DNA of 63,938 bases, counting the filler, from Octopus bimaculoides (taxonomy: Eukaryota): NCBI RefSeq assembly GCF_001194135.2. It is 7 parts of 7 records of this genome, joined end to end, with 100 filler letters (N's around TTAATTAATTAA, not from the genome) between each part and the next. Parts side by side here need not be neighbours in the genome. Positions count along the whole stretch, not along the records: positions 46,945 to 52,387 come from NC_068982.1; positions 52,488 to 62,401 come from NC_069000.1; positions 62,502 to 63,938 come from NW_026437676.1; 4 more parts are not named here. The stretch is one strand, 5' to 3'. The stretch's first letter is position 1; each line of letters begins with the position of its first letter. The notes beneath the pieces were generated by a model. It did not search any database, was not told the DNA's origin, and saw only the letters and a program-made list of their open reading frames with translations. A program made the position numbers and the translations under genes. Below, in pieces: positions 50,130-63,134 of the stretch.

Positions 50130-51860
50130 ATGGTAAAACTAGAAGCCATACTTGTTAACGGACGTAGCGCACTAACTGACCAAATGCCAACAGGTCAGGG
50201 GTCAGTTAGCCAGCAACAAACAACATCCTCATTGATATCGCTATCTGACCTAATTCCACCCAACACTACCGTGATAAGCCAGGACTCACTATCGCAACAA
50301 CAGCCTGCTACTGCTGCTACATTCGAAGCACCTTGTTTGACACCACTATCTGACCTGATTTCACCCAGCCCTACTGTTGCAAGTCATGTTTCACTGCCGC
50401 TACAGCAACAACAGTCTACTACTGCTTCTATAATAGGACCACTGACCAATGAGCCTGCCAATATAGAAAAACCTCTAGTATGCCCACGTCAAAAATCCTC
50501 TTGTTACCATTCTCAAGGTAACTGTAGATTTGACCCCAGCGGCACCAACAACAAGCGACACTGTGCTTTTTTCAATCTTACGTTATGCCGTAGACTTGTT
50601 AAGGGCACCTGTCCATACGGTATAACGGTAAAAAAACTGCCCTCACCTCCACCCCAAATACTGTCCTAAATACGGAGTCCATGGCCCTGATCCTAAATAT
50701 GGATGTACAAAAAGCAATAGATGCACCTTCTTCCATCCTTAACTGTGCTAAATTTCTGTGTCACTAAGGATATGCTTGAACCCAGAATGCAACCACCACC
50801 ATCTGAAGGGCACAAACGATCGAAACTTAAATGTAAACAGCAACAGAGGAGACCTACGACAACAACAAAAACAAAATACAACCACATTTCACTTCCTACA
50901 ACCAAACAACGAAGACAGAACTATGGAAAAACCATAACACCAAATAACATAAACATGAACTATATATCATCTGACCAAGTGGCAAACCAAAGAGGCAACT
51001 CTTCTTTACAAGCTTATCTAGAAAATATGAAGGTCGACCTAAGCTAGGAGATCCAACGAGCTATCAGCAACCATTTATGCAAAACACAAGGAACACACAC
51101 CCACCACTAACTAGAAAGTCACACACACACACACAGCTCCATAGAAAAGTTACACTCATTGCTACTTCTGAACAACATAAAACATAACACTAAGCTCTTA
51201 GAACAATGCAAACATCAAACTACCCTTACCTCGACAATGGATGTACGTGGCATCAACCCATCACTCATTTCCCAAAAATGGAAGATCCCATACATAGAGA
51301 GTTGACTTACACAAACTGCACATTGCTTCTCTTTCTTTATCCTTACTGAAACTCACTTAAACAGCACACATATGGATGCCGACGGGAAAATAAAAGATTT
51401 CACCATCATCCGTGCAGATCGCACTGACCGAAATAAAGTTCTCCATGACTCCTTTTCAGTTGATGCCAAGGACATATTTTCCAATGGTTATTGTGAATCT
51501 ATATCATTATTCAACAAGGTCAAAGACATAATCATTGTTGGTTTTTACAGCCCTCCCCAAGCATCTCTAAAGTGCTTTGAAGAGGGCCTCAACAAGATCA
51601 AGTCCTTCCTTAAAAAATACAACTCCGGAAACATAGTAGTGATGGGTGATTTTAACTTCCCTCATATAAACTGGCCTATAAATACTCTGAAGTTAGGCAA
51701 ATGCTCTACATCAGACAAAGCAACAGCAGAATTACTCTTTAATCTAATGGATAATGTTTTCCTGACTCAGCTAGTGCTCGAACCAACAAGACAGAATAAA
51801 ACGATCTTGGATCTAATATTAACCAACCACTCTAGCTCCATTCACAGTATTTCAGAGTGG
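50130..51860 (+). mobile_element. CR1/L2-like LINE 5' portion: ORF1 with Cys/His zinc-finger-like array plus ORF2 APE endonuclease; RT missing
   Basis: ORF1 part has GNCRFDPSG..RHCAF..LCRRL.KGTCPYG..HP. The APE part has LTETHL, FTIIRADR, IIIVGFYSPP, VVMGDFNFPHINW and TQLVLEPTR..ILDLILTN. Homology stops at about 51857. Confidence 0.8.
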
Positions 51861-52084
51861 GGAGAGTTGAGCCCATGTGGCGCAAAGGAGCGAAGAGAGA
51901 AAATTAATTCTAGCTCACAGCGAAGACGGGAGTAAGGGTATATATATATATATATGCATATATACATACATATATGTATACATATATATATATTTATATA
52001 TACATATATATATAGATATTTATTTATTTATTTATTTATGTGTTTCAGCCAAGTGGCTGCGGTCATGCTGGTGCACCACCGTGA

Positions 52085-52387
52085 TTTTCACGTTCCTTGC
52101 ATGGCTCTTCTCCCCCACCTGACATGGTCCAATCAAGAGTTTTGATGGCACATCTGGTGTATAGGAGAATTTGACACAGCTGCCCTAAACTGCGTCTCAT
52201 TACGAGCCATTGGTTCGTCTGGTATCGTGGAGAGGAAAGCGTCAAGTTTTGTCTTGAAGACCTCCGCATCCATGTCTTGCATGTCTCTCAAATGTTTTGG
52301 CAGGGCATTGAACAGCTGAGGTCCTCTGAAACCGAGGCTGCTTCAGTATCGCGTTCTTATGTGAGATGCAGTGGACGGTACCTTTGG
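52085..52387 (-). mobile_element. CR1/L2-like LINE 3' end
   Basis: Minus frame TRY*SSLGFRGPQLFNALPKHLRD..FKTKLDAFLSTIPDEP..RAAVSNS resembles the C-terminal tail of CR1/L2-group ORF2. Confidence 0.7.
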
Positions 52388-52635
52388 NNNNNNNNNNNNN
52401 NNNNNNNNNNNNNNNNNNNNNNNNNNNNNNNTTAATTAATTAANNNNNNNNNNNNNNNNNNNNNNNNNNNNNNNNNNNNNNNNNNNNTCTACTCCATAGA
52501 TAATACACCAAAGACACACACTCCCCCCCCACACACACACACACGCACACACACTCACACACACACACACGCATGCACATACACACACGCACACATACAC
52601 GCATACACATATGTATGTATGCAGACACAAATATA

Positions 52636-52770
52636 CACATATTCATGTATACGACATGCTTCTTTCAGTTTCCGTCTACCAAATCCACTCACAAAGCTTT
52701 GGTCGGCCCAAGGCTATAGTAAAAGGCGCTTGCTTAAGATGCCACGCAGTGGGACTGAACCTGACACCAT
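52636..52770 (-). mobile_element. SINE family A head
   Basis: CTTCTTTCAGTTTCCGTCTACCAAATCCACTCACAAAGCTTTGGTCGGCCC..GCCACGCAGTGGGACTGAACC. Confidence 0.75.
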
Positions 52771-53279
52771 GCTGTACCAGTAGACTCAAATCTCGTCACC
52801 GGTGATGTTCCTCAAAATCTAACACTACTTATGTGGCATATAATGTAGTTTTATTCAGCCATCAGTGTATTTACCATATTTAATGATATATACACTATTG
52901 GCAAACAAGTAACTTCAGATTTCTTCTAGATATATTCACCTACAGATTTGTTGTATTTAAACTCACAATATGTATCGAAAGGAAACAAAAAATCGTCCGG
53001 ATAGCGGCTGATGAAAATTCCAGATGCATTTTAGTACCCCTCAGGTTTGTCAATGATTTGAGCTGGCAGTTGACCACCTGACCAGAAGAGATTTGTTGCC
53101 TCCAATAAATGAAACAATGAACAATGAATTCACTGGTATTGCGAATAGCCGACGGATTGTATATTTCTTTTAATCCACAGATGTTATACCGTGAGGAAAG
53201 AAAGCATCGCCATTAAAAGACCTTCTCAATAGATCTTGAATTATTCTGGTCTAAGATCTGAAATGAAAAGGAAGATTTC

Positions 53280-55200
53280 AACCATAATGCATTGTGGTTA
53301 AATACAGTTACTAAAGAATACTGTACCAACGTCGACAATAAAACATACGCAAATTGATCCCGAAAGTGTCACAGCTGCTTTAAGAAAACTGTATTATCGG
53401 AAGACACCTGGAAGAAATCTAATAGTTGGATATTGGTACAAGAGGTTGACGTTTTACAGAAAACCATTAATATGTGTATAGGAAAGGACTTTGGAAGATA
53501 AGATTGACATACCGAATTGACTTACTATAGTACGGACGTATCTCGTTGCCAAGAATGAAACAACCAAGTTGGCAGAAAACTGTAGGCCCGTTGCCTGTCT
53601 AAGTCTTATGGACAAGGTTTCCACAAGCTGCCTCAACTAATTTCTCCAGAATCATGTTGAATCCAATAACACAGTAACTGATGAGCAGGCAAGTGGAAAG
53701 AGGGCAGCGTAGGGGTGTGCCAAACAACTTTTGATAGACAAAGCTGTAGTGTCTAAAGTAAAGAAAACACCGTAGAAACCTTATGACAGTTAGTTCGATT
53801 ATAAGAAAGCATTCGTCTCTATTCCTCACTCATGACTGCTGCATTCTCTGCACTAGGCAAAAATACCTGCTATCTTAGTTGCTGTCATTAAGACGCTCTC
53901 AAAGACCTCGGCAACAATCCTTAAATATGTAATTGAGGACGGAATATTCTAAGGAGATAATCTTTCTGTAATTCTGTTTAGTTTGGCATTAAATCCGATA
54001 TCATTTCTGTTAAAAAATAGTTTAGAGGCTACATGCTAGGGTTTGCAACTGCTTAGAGATATCAATGTAGTTCATAATTTCTTCGTGGATGCCCTGAAGA
54101 TCTATGCTAAAAATACTTACAGTGCCAAAAAAGCAACTGAAGTTAATAACAATATTTTCAGTTAACACACGAATGGAATTTGGCCAAAAGAAGTGTTCGT
54201 ATTTGTTTGTCGGACGTAGAAAATCAATTTACCAAGCCCCAAAACCTGTGAATCAACAGTTTCTTATCTCTTCTGTTCCACATAAAGAATACTACAAATA
54301 CCTAGGCATTAATGAAAATATATCGGACGTGGGAGCGGTGAATTAAGATAGAATGACCCGCAAATATTAAACCAGCCGTCGGAACTCTTTTTTTTTTACA
54401 AGTGAACGCCCCACAATGAATTTGCTGTACCAGTACTGATACCAACATTTAGGTTGTTTGATTGGTCTGTAGAAGAAATCCACTCGATAGATATTAAAAC
54501 CTGCAAGAAGACTATGCATTGGTGTTTCCTGAAGACTTGAAGATGACACTAATAACGAAATGAGTCCTTTCTCGGACTCGTAACCGCTACATCACATCAC
54601 ACTTCGAAAACTATGCACTTGCAGTCCATAAACGAAAGAGACAGTGAAGCCTTTGGAGTTTCAAAATGCAACGAAAAATGTCACTTTTTTGTGAGAGACA
54701 TCACACATTTGATCAGCAGCTGCACACAAATATTATCAAGTATTCTCTTTCAATGCGACATGACATTGTTGCTAAAATAATATGCTAGCCCATCGAAAAA
54801 ACGACTGTCCAAGAATAAATATAGAGAGTCCTCCTGTTATTGAATATACAGATGATAATCGATCTGTTATGGAATACATAGATAAACATTAACAGAAGGA
54901 ATATTGGTGGAACATTCCTATTAAAACTTCTAGGAATGTTTTGATAGAAAACACTGCAAACATAACAGGCCGGATATTGTCGTTAGAGACAGACAAGGAA
55001 AGGTATGCAACGTCATAGAGATCAGTTGCCCTGCTGATGGGAATATCTGTTCGGAAATCAAATAGAAAGACGATAACCACGACAGCTGTTTCGAAACCGT
55101 CATCTTCTATACCTAGATTATACATTCACTTTTATAGCAGAAATGATTGTTGTACTTAATTTTGTGAGTAAATGCTGGAGTGACAATCCGGAAAAGCTAG
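53280..55200 (+). mobile_element. R4/Dong-like reverse transcriptase (plus RLE remnant), heavily decayed
   Basis: KTPG..IVGYWYKRLT, YLVAK..ENCRPVACL, EQASGKRG, DYKKAF-like, GIF.GDNLS-like, FFVDALKIYAKN, MEFGQKKC and YKYLGI, followed by a WWNIPI..PDIVV-like RLE piece. Many stops and deletions. Confidence 0.8.
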
Positions 55201-55674
55201 GGTTTTAGAAAAAGAAATCATCTAGTTAAACCATGCATTACAAATACAGTCTATAAGCGGAAAAGTAAAAACAAGTGAGACTTTTCTCAAGTTTAAAATG
55301 TGTATTTGTTTTTATCTGCATTCCGATGACAGAAAATTGTATCTTTGTTAGAAATCAGCTCCTTTTTTTTTATAGGAAGACTTCAAATACTTTAAAATAG
55401 ATCATACATACATACAAATATACATACATAGATACATACGTACATACGTACAGACATACGTTCATACGTACGTACATGCATACATATATACATATATACA
55501 TGCATACGTGCATGCGTACATGTAACAAATACATGCATTTATTTGTATTAAAGTACATAGAAGCATACATACACACTTAAATACACTTGCACACGCAGAA
55601 ACACATACATACATACATACATACATACATACATACACATTTACACAAATAGCAGGTGAACCTTTCGCGGTGCA

Positions 55675-55739
<65 letters not shown>

Positions 55740-55993
55740 AATAGAACCATGACCTAAATTACTGATGTGGTTCATGTTTGTGATTATTGGATTATTGGGA
55801 TAATCTATAAACACACTCAAATAAACACACTGTATTAAACGCACACACACATACGTGTGCACCAACTGACACTTATACTCACTTTCACACAGACACACGC
55901 GTACGCACACGCACACACACACGCATACAAATATACATACACAGAAGCATACACACATACCATATGTGAGCACTGGCATATTGACTTAAATAC

Positions 55994-56043
<50 letters not shown>

Positions 56044-56054
56044 TTACCTATCTA

Positions 56055-56107
<53 letters not shown>

Positions 56108-56404
56108 NNNNNNNNNNNNNNNNNNNNNNNNNNNNNNNNNNNNNNNNNNNNNNNNNNNNNNNNNNNNNNNNNNNNNNNNNNNNNNNNNNNNNNNNNNNNN
56201 NNNNNNNNNNNNNNNNNNNNNNNNNNNNNNNNNNNNNNNNNNNNNNNATATATATATATATATATATATATACATGCATATATATATATACATACATATA
56301 CATATATATATATATACATACATATACATATATATACATATACATATATATACACACATATATGCATATATATATATATATGCATACATATATATATATG
56401 GATG

Positions 56405-56452
<48 letters not shown>

Positions 56453-56638
56453 CATATAAATATACGTAGATATCCATGCATATACGCACATACACATAAA
56501 AACATACACATTCATATATATATCCTTTCATCCTTTCGCGGTCGATAATTTAAGTACCAGTTACATACTGGGATCGATGTAATCGACTTAATCCCTTCCC
56601 CCAAATTTGAGGCCTTGTGCTTCCAGTGGAAATGATTA

Positions 56639-57012
56639 TTACCTCCACCTTAGCGAAGGTGGAGGTATTGTTTCAGTCGCATTTGTTTGTTTGCCCGTGG
56701 ACAAGATATCTCAAGAACTCCTGGATGGATTCGGATGAAACTTTCAGGAATGTTTGGCCTCGTGACTGGCACGAAGTGATTAGATTTGGAATCGATCCGG
56801 TACCGGGCAAGGTTTCTGGATTATTTTTCCGGTTTTTTTTTTTTTTTTTTACTTAAGTTTTGAGAGCGGTTGGGTTTATTCTAAGTATTCTCGTTTGAGA
56901 GAGCAGTTGAGTTTATTTCAGATATTCTCATTTTAAAAATCATCTCTTGCTAATCGTTGAGTGGAGGTTGGTGTTGTCTTGGCGGAGATTTACGCTCTCT
57001 GAGTGCTCTTGT
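56639..57012 (+). mobile_element. non-autonomous Helentron-associated (HINE-like) element
   Basis: 5' hairpin TACCTCCACCTT-AGCG-AAGGTGGAGGTA, 3' sub-terminal CTTGGCGGAG inverted to the 5' motif, then a small GC stem-loop (GCTCTCTGAGTGC). This matches the HINE/DINE-1 layout. Confidence 0.5.
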
Positions 57013-57032
57013 CATCATCATCATCATCATCA

Positions 57033-57089
<57 letters not shown>

Positions 57090-57135
57090 GTAGTAGTAGT
57101 AGTAGTAGTAGTATCATCCTCATTTGAATGATAGA

Positions 57136-57348
57136 AGGTGGCGAGCTGGCAGAATCGTTAACATGCTGGAGGAAATGCTTAGAGGTATTTCGCCCGTCGC
57201 TGCGTTCTGAGTTCAAATTCCGCCGAGGTCAACGTTGCCTTTTATCCTTTCTGGGTTGATAAATTAAGTACCATTCAAGTACTGGGGTCGATGTGATCGA
57301 CTATCCCCATCCCCACAAATTCCAGGCTTTGTGCCTATAGTAGAAACG

Positions 57349-57350
<2 letters not shown>
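57136..57350 (+). mobile_element. SINE family B, full length with (ATT)n tail
   Basis: AAGGTGGCGAGCTGGCAGAATCGTTA..TTCTGAGTTCAAATTCCGCCGAGG..GTGCCTATAGTAGAAACGATT(ATT)n. Confidence 0.8.
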
Positions 57351-57387
<37 letters not shown>

Positions 57388-57399
57388 TGGATGGTAGAA

Positions 57400-57575
57400 A
57401 ACGACAAGCTGGCAAGATCTTTAGTACGCCGAACAAAATGCTTAGCGGCATTCCTTCCGGCACTACGTTCTAAGTTCAAATGCCACCGGGCCAGACTTTG
57501 CCTCTCATCCAATCGGGATTGATAAATAACGTACCAGTCGACTACTGGGGTTGATGTAATCACTTAGACCCTCCC
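57400..57575 (+). mobile_element. SINE family B, second tandem copy (runs into gap)
   Basis: AGCTGGCAAGATC..AAATGCTTAGCGGCATT..TAAGTTCAAAT..ACTGGGGTTGATGTAATC. Confidence 0.65.
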
Positions 57576-58367
57576 NNNNNNNNNNNNNNNNNNNNNNNNN
57601 NNNNNNNNNNNNNNNNNNNNNNNNNNNNNNNNNNNNNNNNNNNNNNNNNNNNNNNNNNNNNNNNNNNNNNNNNNNNNNNNNNNNNNNNNNNNNNNNNNNN
57701 NNNNNNNNNNNNNNNNNNNNNNNNNNNNNNNNNNNNNNNNNNNNNNNNNNNNNNNNNNNNNNNNNNNNNNNNNNNNNNNNNNNNNNNNNNNNNNNNNNNN
57801 NNNNNNNNNNNNNNNNNNNNNNNNNNNNNNNNNNNNNNNNNNNNNNNNNNNNNNNNNNNNNNNNNNNNNNNNNNNNNNNNNNNNNNNNNNNNNNNNNNNN
57901 NNNNNNNNNNNNNNNNNNNNNNNNNNNNNNNNNNNNNNNNNNNNNNNNNNNNNNNNNNNNNNNNNNNNNNNNNNNNNNNNNNNNNNNNNNNNNNNNNNNN
58001 NNNNNNNNNNNNNNNNNNNNNNNNNNNNNNNNNNNNNNNNNNNNNNNNNNNNNNNNNNNNNNNNNNNNNNNNNNNNNNNNNNNNNNNNNNNNNNNNNNNN
58101 NNNNNNNNNNNNNNNNNNNNNNNNNNNNNNNNNNNNNNNNNNNNNNNNNNNNNNNNNNNNNNNNNNNNNNNNNNNNNNNNNNNNNNNNNNNNNNNNNNNN
58201 NNNNNNNNNNNNNNNNNNNNNNNNNNNNNNNNNNNNNNNNNNNNNNNNNNNNNNNNNNNNNNNNNNNNNNNNNNNNNNNNNNNNNNNNNNNNNNNNNNNN
58301 NNNNNNNNNNNNNNNNNNNNNNNNNNNNNNNNNNNNNNNNNNNNNNNNNNNNNNNNNNNNNNNNNNN

Positions 58368-58417
<50 letters not shown>

Positions 58418-59629
58418 TACATATTTGTGTGTGTATGTATGTATATGTATATGTATTGAATAGCCAGTCATTATCTTATATAAATTTTTGTTTATTCCAT
58501 GTGAGAGCATGCCTTCTCCGACAGATAGACCTCTTGATCAGGACAGGTTTGCGCAATTTTTCTTTCCTTTTTAAATTATTTACATGCCTGTTCACCGTTT
58601 CACAGGATTTTATTCATTAAAACTTCAGAAGTACTTGCAACTTTGGTCGTCGTAATGCTTTGCTTTGGTTTGTTTAATAAAAATTCCTCCTCCTAATGAT
58701 TTTGCTTTCATTTTGTGATAGACGGCTATCATACAGAAAATGCCAACTATCATGCAGCCATCATGTAGAAAATACCAGCTTCCAAATCCTGTTTTCTGTT
58801 TAGTTAAAAGTGATTAAACTTTAAACCTTAGTAACATTTTTCCGCAATTTTTCTTAAACAAATAGATAACAAAATCGGATTTAACGTAGAAAATTATTTC
58901 AATATACAAAATTAAAAATTTTGAAGTAATTTTAAAATCTTATATGTGACAGCAACAGTAGAGAGACAGACAGTTATAGAACATGGCACCCACTCACCCC
59001 CACACACTTACAAACGTACACACCGATAATCACGAGTTTAAAATGGTGTATAGTAGACATATGTATACATGTATGTATGTACGTATGTGTGTATACACAT
59101 ATGTATGTATGTGTGTGCGCGTGTGTCTATGTGTGTGTGTTTCTTCGCGATGAACATCAGAAAAGCCACTTACGCCTCTCTCCTTAAAGTTACGTACTCC
59201 TCATGCCCACCTTTCTGTGTATGTGTGTGTGTGTTGTATCTACGTATTTACGAAAGTATGTATGCAGCGTCACATGTATATGACAGCTATATCAACGTTT
59301 ACATCCCATTGCCGCTCAATATTTGTCGCTTACATAACAATGTTCTCCCCTTCCCTGATATAAGTCACCCTCACTCTGCTACTGCGTTTCCCTCCGATTA
59401 ATACTTTTTACATCCTTCCCATTTTATCATATAATTCGCCCAACACCCCTAGGGGGCACATTATATATTTTTATTGAAATCCAATTAACCTATTATTGAG
59501 CTGGATGTTAGTGTAGCATGTATGCAAAGTTTCGTGAATATTGGTTCACTGGTTTAGGCACTATGATGGTGAGACAGAAATTGCCATTTATAATATATAT
59601 ATATAGTGAGAATTTACAAAAAAAAAACA

Positions 59630-59895
59630 AAAGACGGGGATTCTTTCAGTTTCCGTCTACTAAATTTACTCACAATGCTTCGGTCGATCCGAGGCTATAC
59701 TTGAAGACATTTGCCCAAGATAACACGCTGTACCATGGGATTCCTCACAGTTTCCATCTAACAAATTCGATCTCAAGGCATTGGTCGGTCCAGGGCTATA
59801 GTGGAAGACGCTTGTTCAAGGTGCTGCTTTGTGGGACGACTGAACCCAAAACCTCGTGGTTGCAAGACGAACTTCTTAACCACACAACCATGTCT
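59630..59895 (-). mobile_element. two overlapping SINE family A head fragments
   Basis: TTCTTTCAGTTTCCGTCTAC..GAGGCTATA..GAAGACATTTGCCCAAG, and again CAGTTTCCATCTA..GGGCTATAGTGGAAGAC..GACTGAACCC. Confidence 0.65.
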
Positions 59896-60189
59896 GCGCT
59901 ACTTTTTTTCGTAAAATTGGCACAAGTTTCCACATCTGTATATCAATAATAGTAAAGAAGACAGTGAAATCGAACCATGGCCATGGCTGGTGGATATTGT
60001 TTTATTTGTGTATCTGTTTTGTTATTTATTTGCTATTTGCATCGAACTTGGAAGATCAGAGGCAAAGTTGTCTGTCTCTGGCGAGGATTGATCTTAGAAT
60101 GAGTATAGTGTGTGTGTTTGTGCGCGTCTGGTTGTGTGTGTGTGTGTGTGCGTGTGTGTGTGTATATGTGTGTGTGTGTATATGTGTGT

Positions 60190-60840
60190 GTAAGAGGGGA
60201 GAGAGAGAGAGGGAGGGAGAGAGAGAGGAAGAGAGAGAGGGAGAGAGAGAGAGAGGGAGAGAGAGAGAGGGAACGAAAGAGAGAGAGAGGCAAGAGAAGA
60301 GGGAGAAAGAGAACGAGAGAGAGAGAGAGTAAGAGAGAGGCAAGAGAAGAGGGAAAGGAGGAGATAGAGAGACTGAGTGAGAGAGAAGGGGCAAGAGAAG
60401 ACAGGGGGAAGAGATAGAAAGTGAAGACGGGAGGGAAAAAGAGATAGAGAGAAAGAGAGGCGGCGAGAAAGAGAAAGAGGGAAAGAAAAGTGAAGAGATG
60501 AGAGAGAAAAGAGACAGAGAGGAAGAGAGAGAGAGAGAGAGAGAGGGATAGAGTGAGTGAGTGAGAGAGAAGAGGGGTGAGAGAGAAAGTCGGTGAGAGA
60601 TAGAGAGAGGGAGGAATAGAGTAAGTGAGAGAGAGAAAAGAGGAGCGAGAGAGAAAGTAGGTGAGAGATAGAGAGAGAGAGAGAGCGAAAAAGAAAGAGA
60701 GATAGGTATAGAGAGACAGGCAAAGAGTGAGAGGTGAGAGAGAAGAGGGGCGGAGGGAAAGAGAAATATAATGTGAGAGATGAAGAGAGAGAGAGAGAGA
60801 GAGAGGGAGAGACGTTTAGTGAGAGTGAGACAGAAAGAGA
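60190..60840. repeat. long degenerate (GA)n polypurine tract
   Basis: About 650 bp almost entirely A/G on the plus strand. It gives the L/S-rich pseudo-ORF 60094-60723. Confidence 0.9.
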
Positions 60841-61178
60841 GAAAAAGTGTGAGATCCCTCTGTAAGGTCTCCGAAATGTGCGAAGTTCACCTAGTTCTGG
60901 CGCTCTACTGACTCTGCTGATTGTAGCTTACTTTAACCCCAACAGCTGATAGTACAACAGTAACGTGATCTTTGATCATGCCTGTCTTTGATCAGATCTG
61001 ACCTTGGGCTAAAGAACAACAACAAGCAGATCAATAATCGATTTCACTAAATCTCTATCATTCTTACACTCTTACAATCTCCTCCTCCCTTTTTCCCCCT
61101 CCTTTACATTCTTACTCACTCTCTTTCACATGCTTTCTCCCACACTCTCACACACTCTCCCTCTTCCGACCACATTCT

Positions 61179-61231
<53 letters not shown>

Positions 61232-62282
61232 GCATGCTCTCACATGTTTTGAGAAAGGCGTGTAAGAAAGAAGAGCATGTTAAAAAAAAAATGAATACAT
61301 CTATCCTCGTTTATTACGGGCATTTGATTAAAACAAAACACTACAGTGGTAAATGAATCAGCATTAAATGAATCATCTCCCTTTACTTAGTAAATAGACG
61401 AAATGACACCAGACTTTCGGCCCTCAATTGTGAAGCTCTAGCGTCGCGGTTTATCTTCTTGATTACCTCTACCTTTTTCCCGTAGAGAATACACTCTCCT
61501 GCGTCGTTTGTTGGGCGCCTTCATATATTTTGGTTACTGGTCCCATGGTTCCATGTTGATGGGTTCGTGTGCATAAATTCGTATTAAACGTACGCAGCCC
61601 CGCAACATGGTCATGTGAATACAAGCGATAGCCAATGCATTCTGGGTCGTCATTGGGGCACGATTTTTGTAGTACATGCAGAATCTTCGACTGATCGATC
61701 GCCGACCCGTGTTATCACAGATCAATCAGTGATAAGCGTAGCGTGGTTCATAATTGAGCATATCATGTTATCTCGGATCACTGATGAATGAATCAGTGAT
61801 AAATGAGGCAAACTATATAAGGAAGGGAGTATAAAAGAGAAAGAAGTTTAAAAAAGAAGACAGAAAAAGATGGAGAGTATTAGAAGGCTGTATAAGAAAA
61901 AAAGGAGGTATAAGAAGGGACTATAAAAGAAAGATGGGCTTCCGTGACTTGTGGGAAGAGGAAAATATCCTTAAACCGGAAACCTGGCTTGAATGCTTGC
62001 GACAGAGTGAGCGCCACTAGAGGCGCTCAAGTTACCAGTCAGTGGTGTTAAACTGGGCAATGGTTTATGTCTGCCGCTCAAGTAGGCCGTAACCGGACTC
62101 GAACTCAGGATGCAAAGAACCGAAATAAATACCGCCAAGTACGCTGTCCGACGTTCTTACATCCCTGACAGATCACCGCCTTAAATTGGCAAATTTTTAT
62201 CGATCTTAAAAGGATCGATGTGTGTGTATGTGTGTATGTGTGTGTGTGTATGTGTGTGTATATGTGTGTGTATATGTGTGTG

Positions 62283-62390
62283 ATTATCCCTCACCAAGGG
62301 TTGACAGCCGGTGTTAGTGTGTTTATGTCTCCGTAACTTGCCGGTTCGGCAAAAGAGAAGCGATTGAATAAGTATCAAGCTTTACAAAAA
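62283..62390 (+). mobile_element. SINE family A 3' domain fragment
   Basis: GTGTTTATGTCTCCGTAACTT..GGTTCGGCAAAAGAG..GAATAAGTA. Confidence 0.6.
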
Positions 62391-62700
62391 AAAAAAAAAA
62401 ANNNNNNNNNNNNNNNNNNNNNNNNNNNNNNNNNNNNNNNNNNNNTTAATTAATTAANNNNNNNNNNNNNNNNNNNNNNNNNNNNNNNNNNNNNNNNNNN
62501 NTATATATATATATATATATATATAAGAAAATGGAGGGGAATAGGTGGTATTCATGAACTTGCAGACATTGTATTGTGTCAATTTACTTGTTTATTTGTT
62601 TACTAAAAGGACAATAACAACAATATACAAACGCATGTGACATATTATGTCATATCAGTAATTAAAAAGATGACATATAGTGACAGAAAATGGGATAATG

Positions 62701-62821
62701 TCTTACAGCTGTTTCAGTCTAGAGGTGACATGCCTAATTCTATCTTCATCAATCCAGTAGACTGAAGTAATTAATAGATGAAATAGAGGTACATGGATGA
62801 TTTTCTAGGCCTCTTCAGAGA
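62701..62821 (-). ncRNA. type I hammerhead motif (CUGAAGA core) with long stem II loop
   Basis: Minus strand reads TCT-CTGAAGA-GGCCTAGA..(80 nt)..TCTAGACT-GAAA-C AGCT G-TA-AGA, with palindromic ACAGCTGT stem III. Confidence 0.65.
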
Positions 62822-63134
62822 TTTTATAAAGTTCATAAGGGTTAAGTTAAAAATATAAAAACTATAAAAACCGTAAAAACCCACATATATATGCATACTT
62901 TAACATATACATAGATATACATAAATAAACATAAATACATATATGTACATTTAAATGTACATACACAAATGTCCATACATGCACACAAATGAATCAGTTA
63001 TTATTGTTATTATACATGAGGAGGACGCACATACACACACACACACATATATGTGTGTGTGTCCTGTTCATGTACAACAACAATAATGTTTCATTATTCA
63101 ACAACAATGATTCATTTGTGTGCATGTATGGACA

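Noticed and set aside
55081-55106. GAAACAGCTGTC on the minus strand as a hammerhead 3' half
   Set aside because: No CUGANGA core or stem I, and it lies inside decayed R4 coding sequence.
62009-62028. CCACTAGAGGCGC as a CTCF site
   Set aside because: It is one base shorter than the consensus spacing and is equally explained as a hairpin. There is no supporting data.
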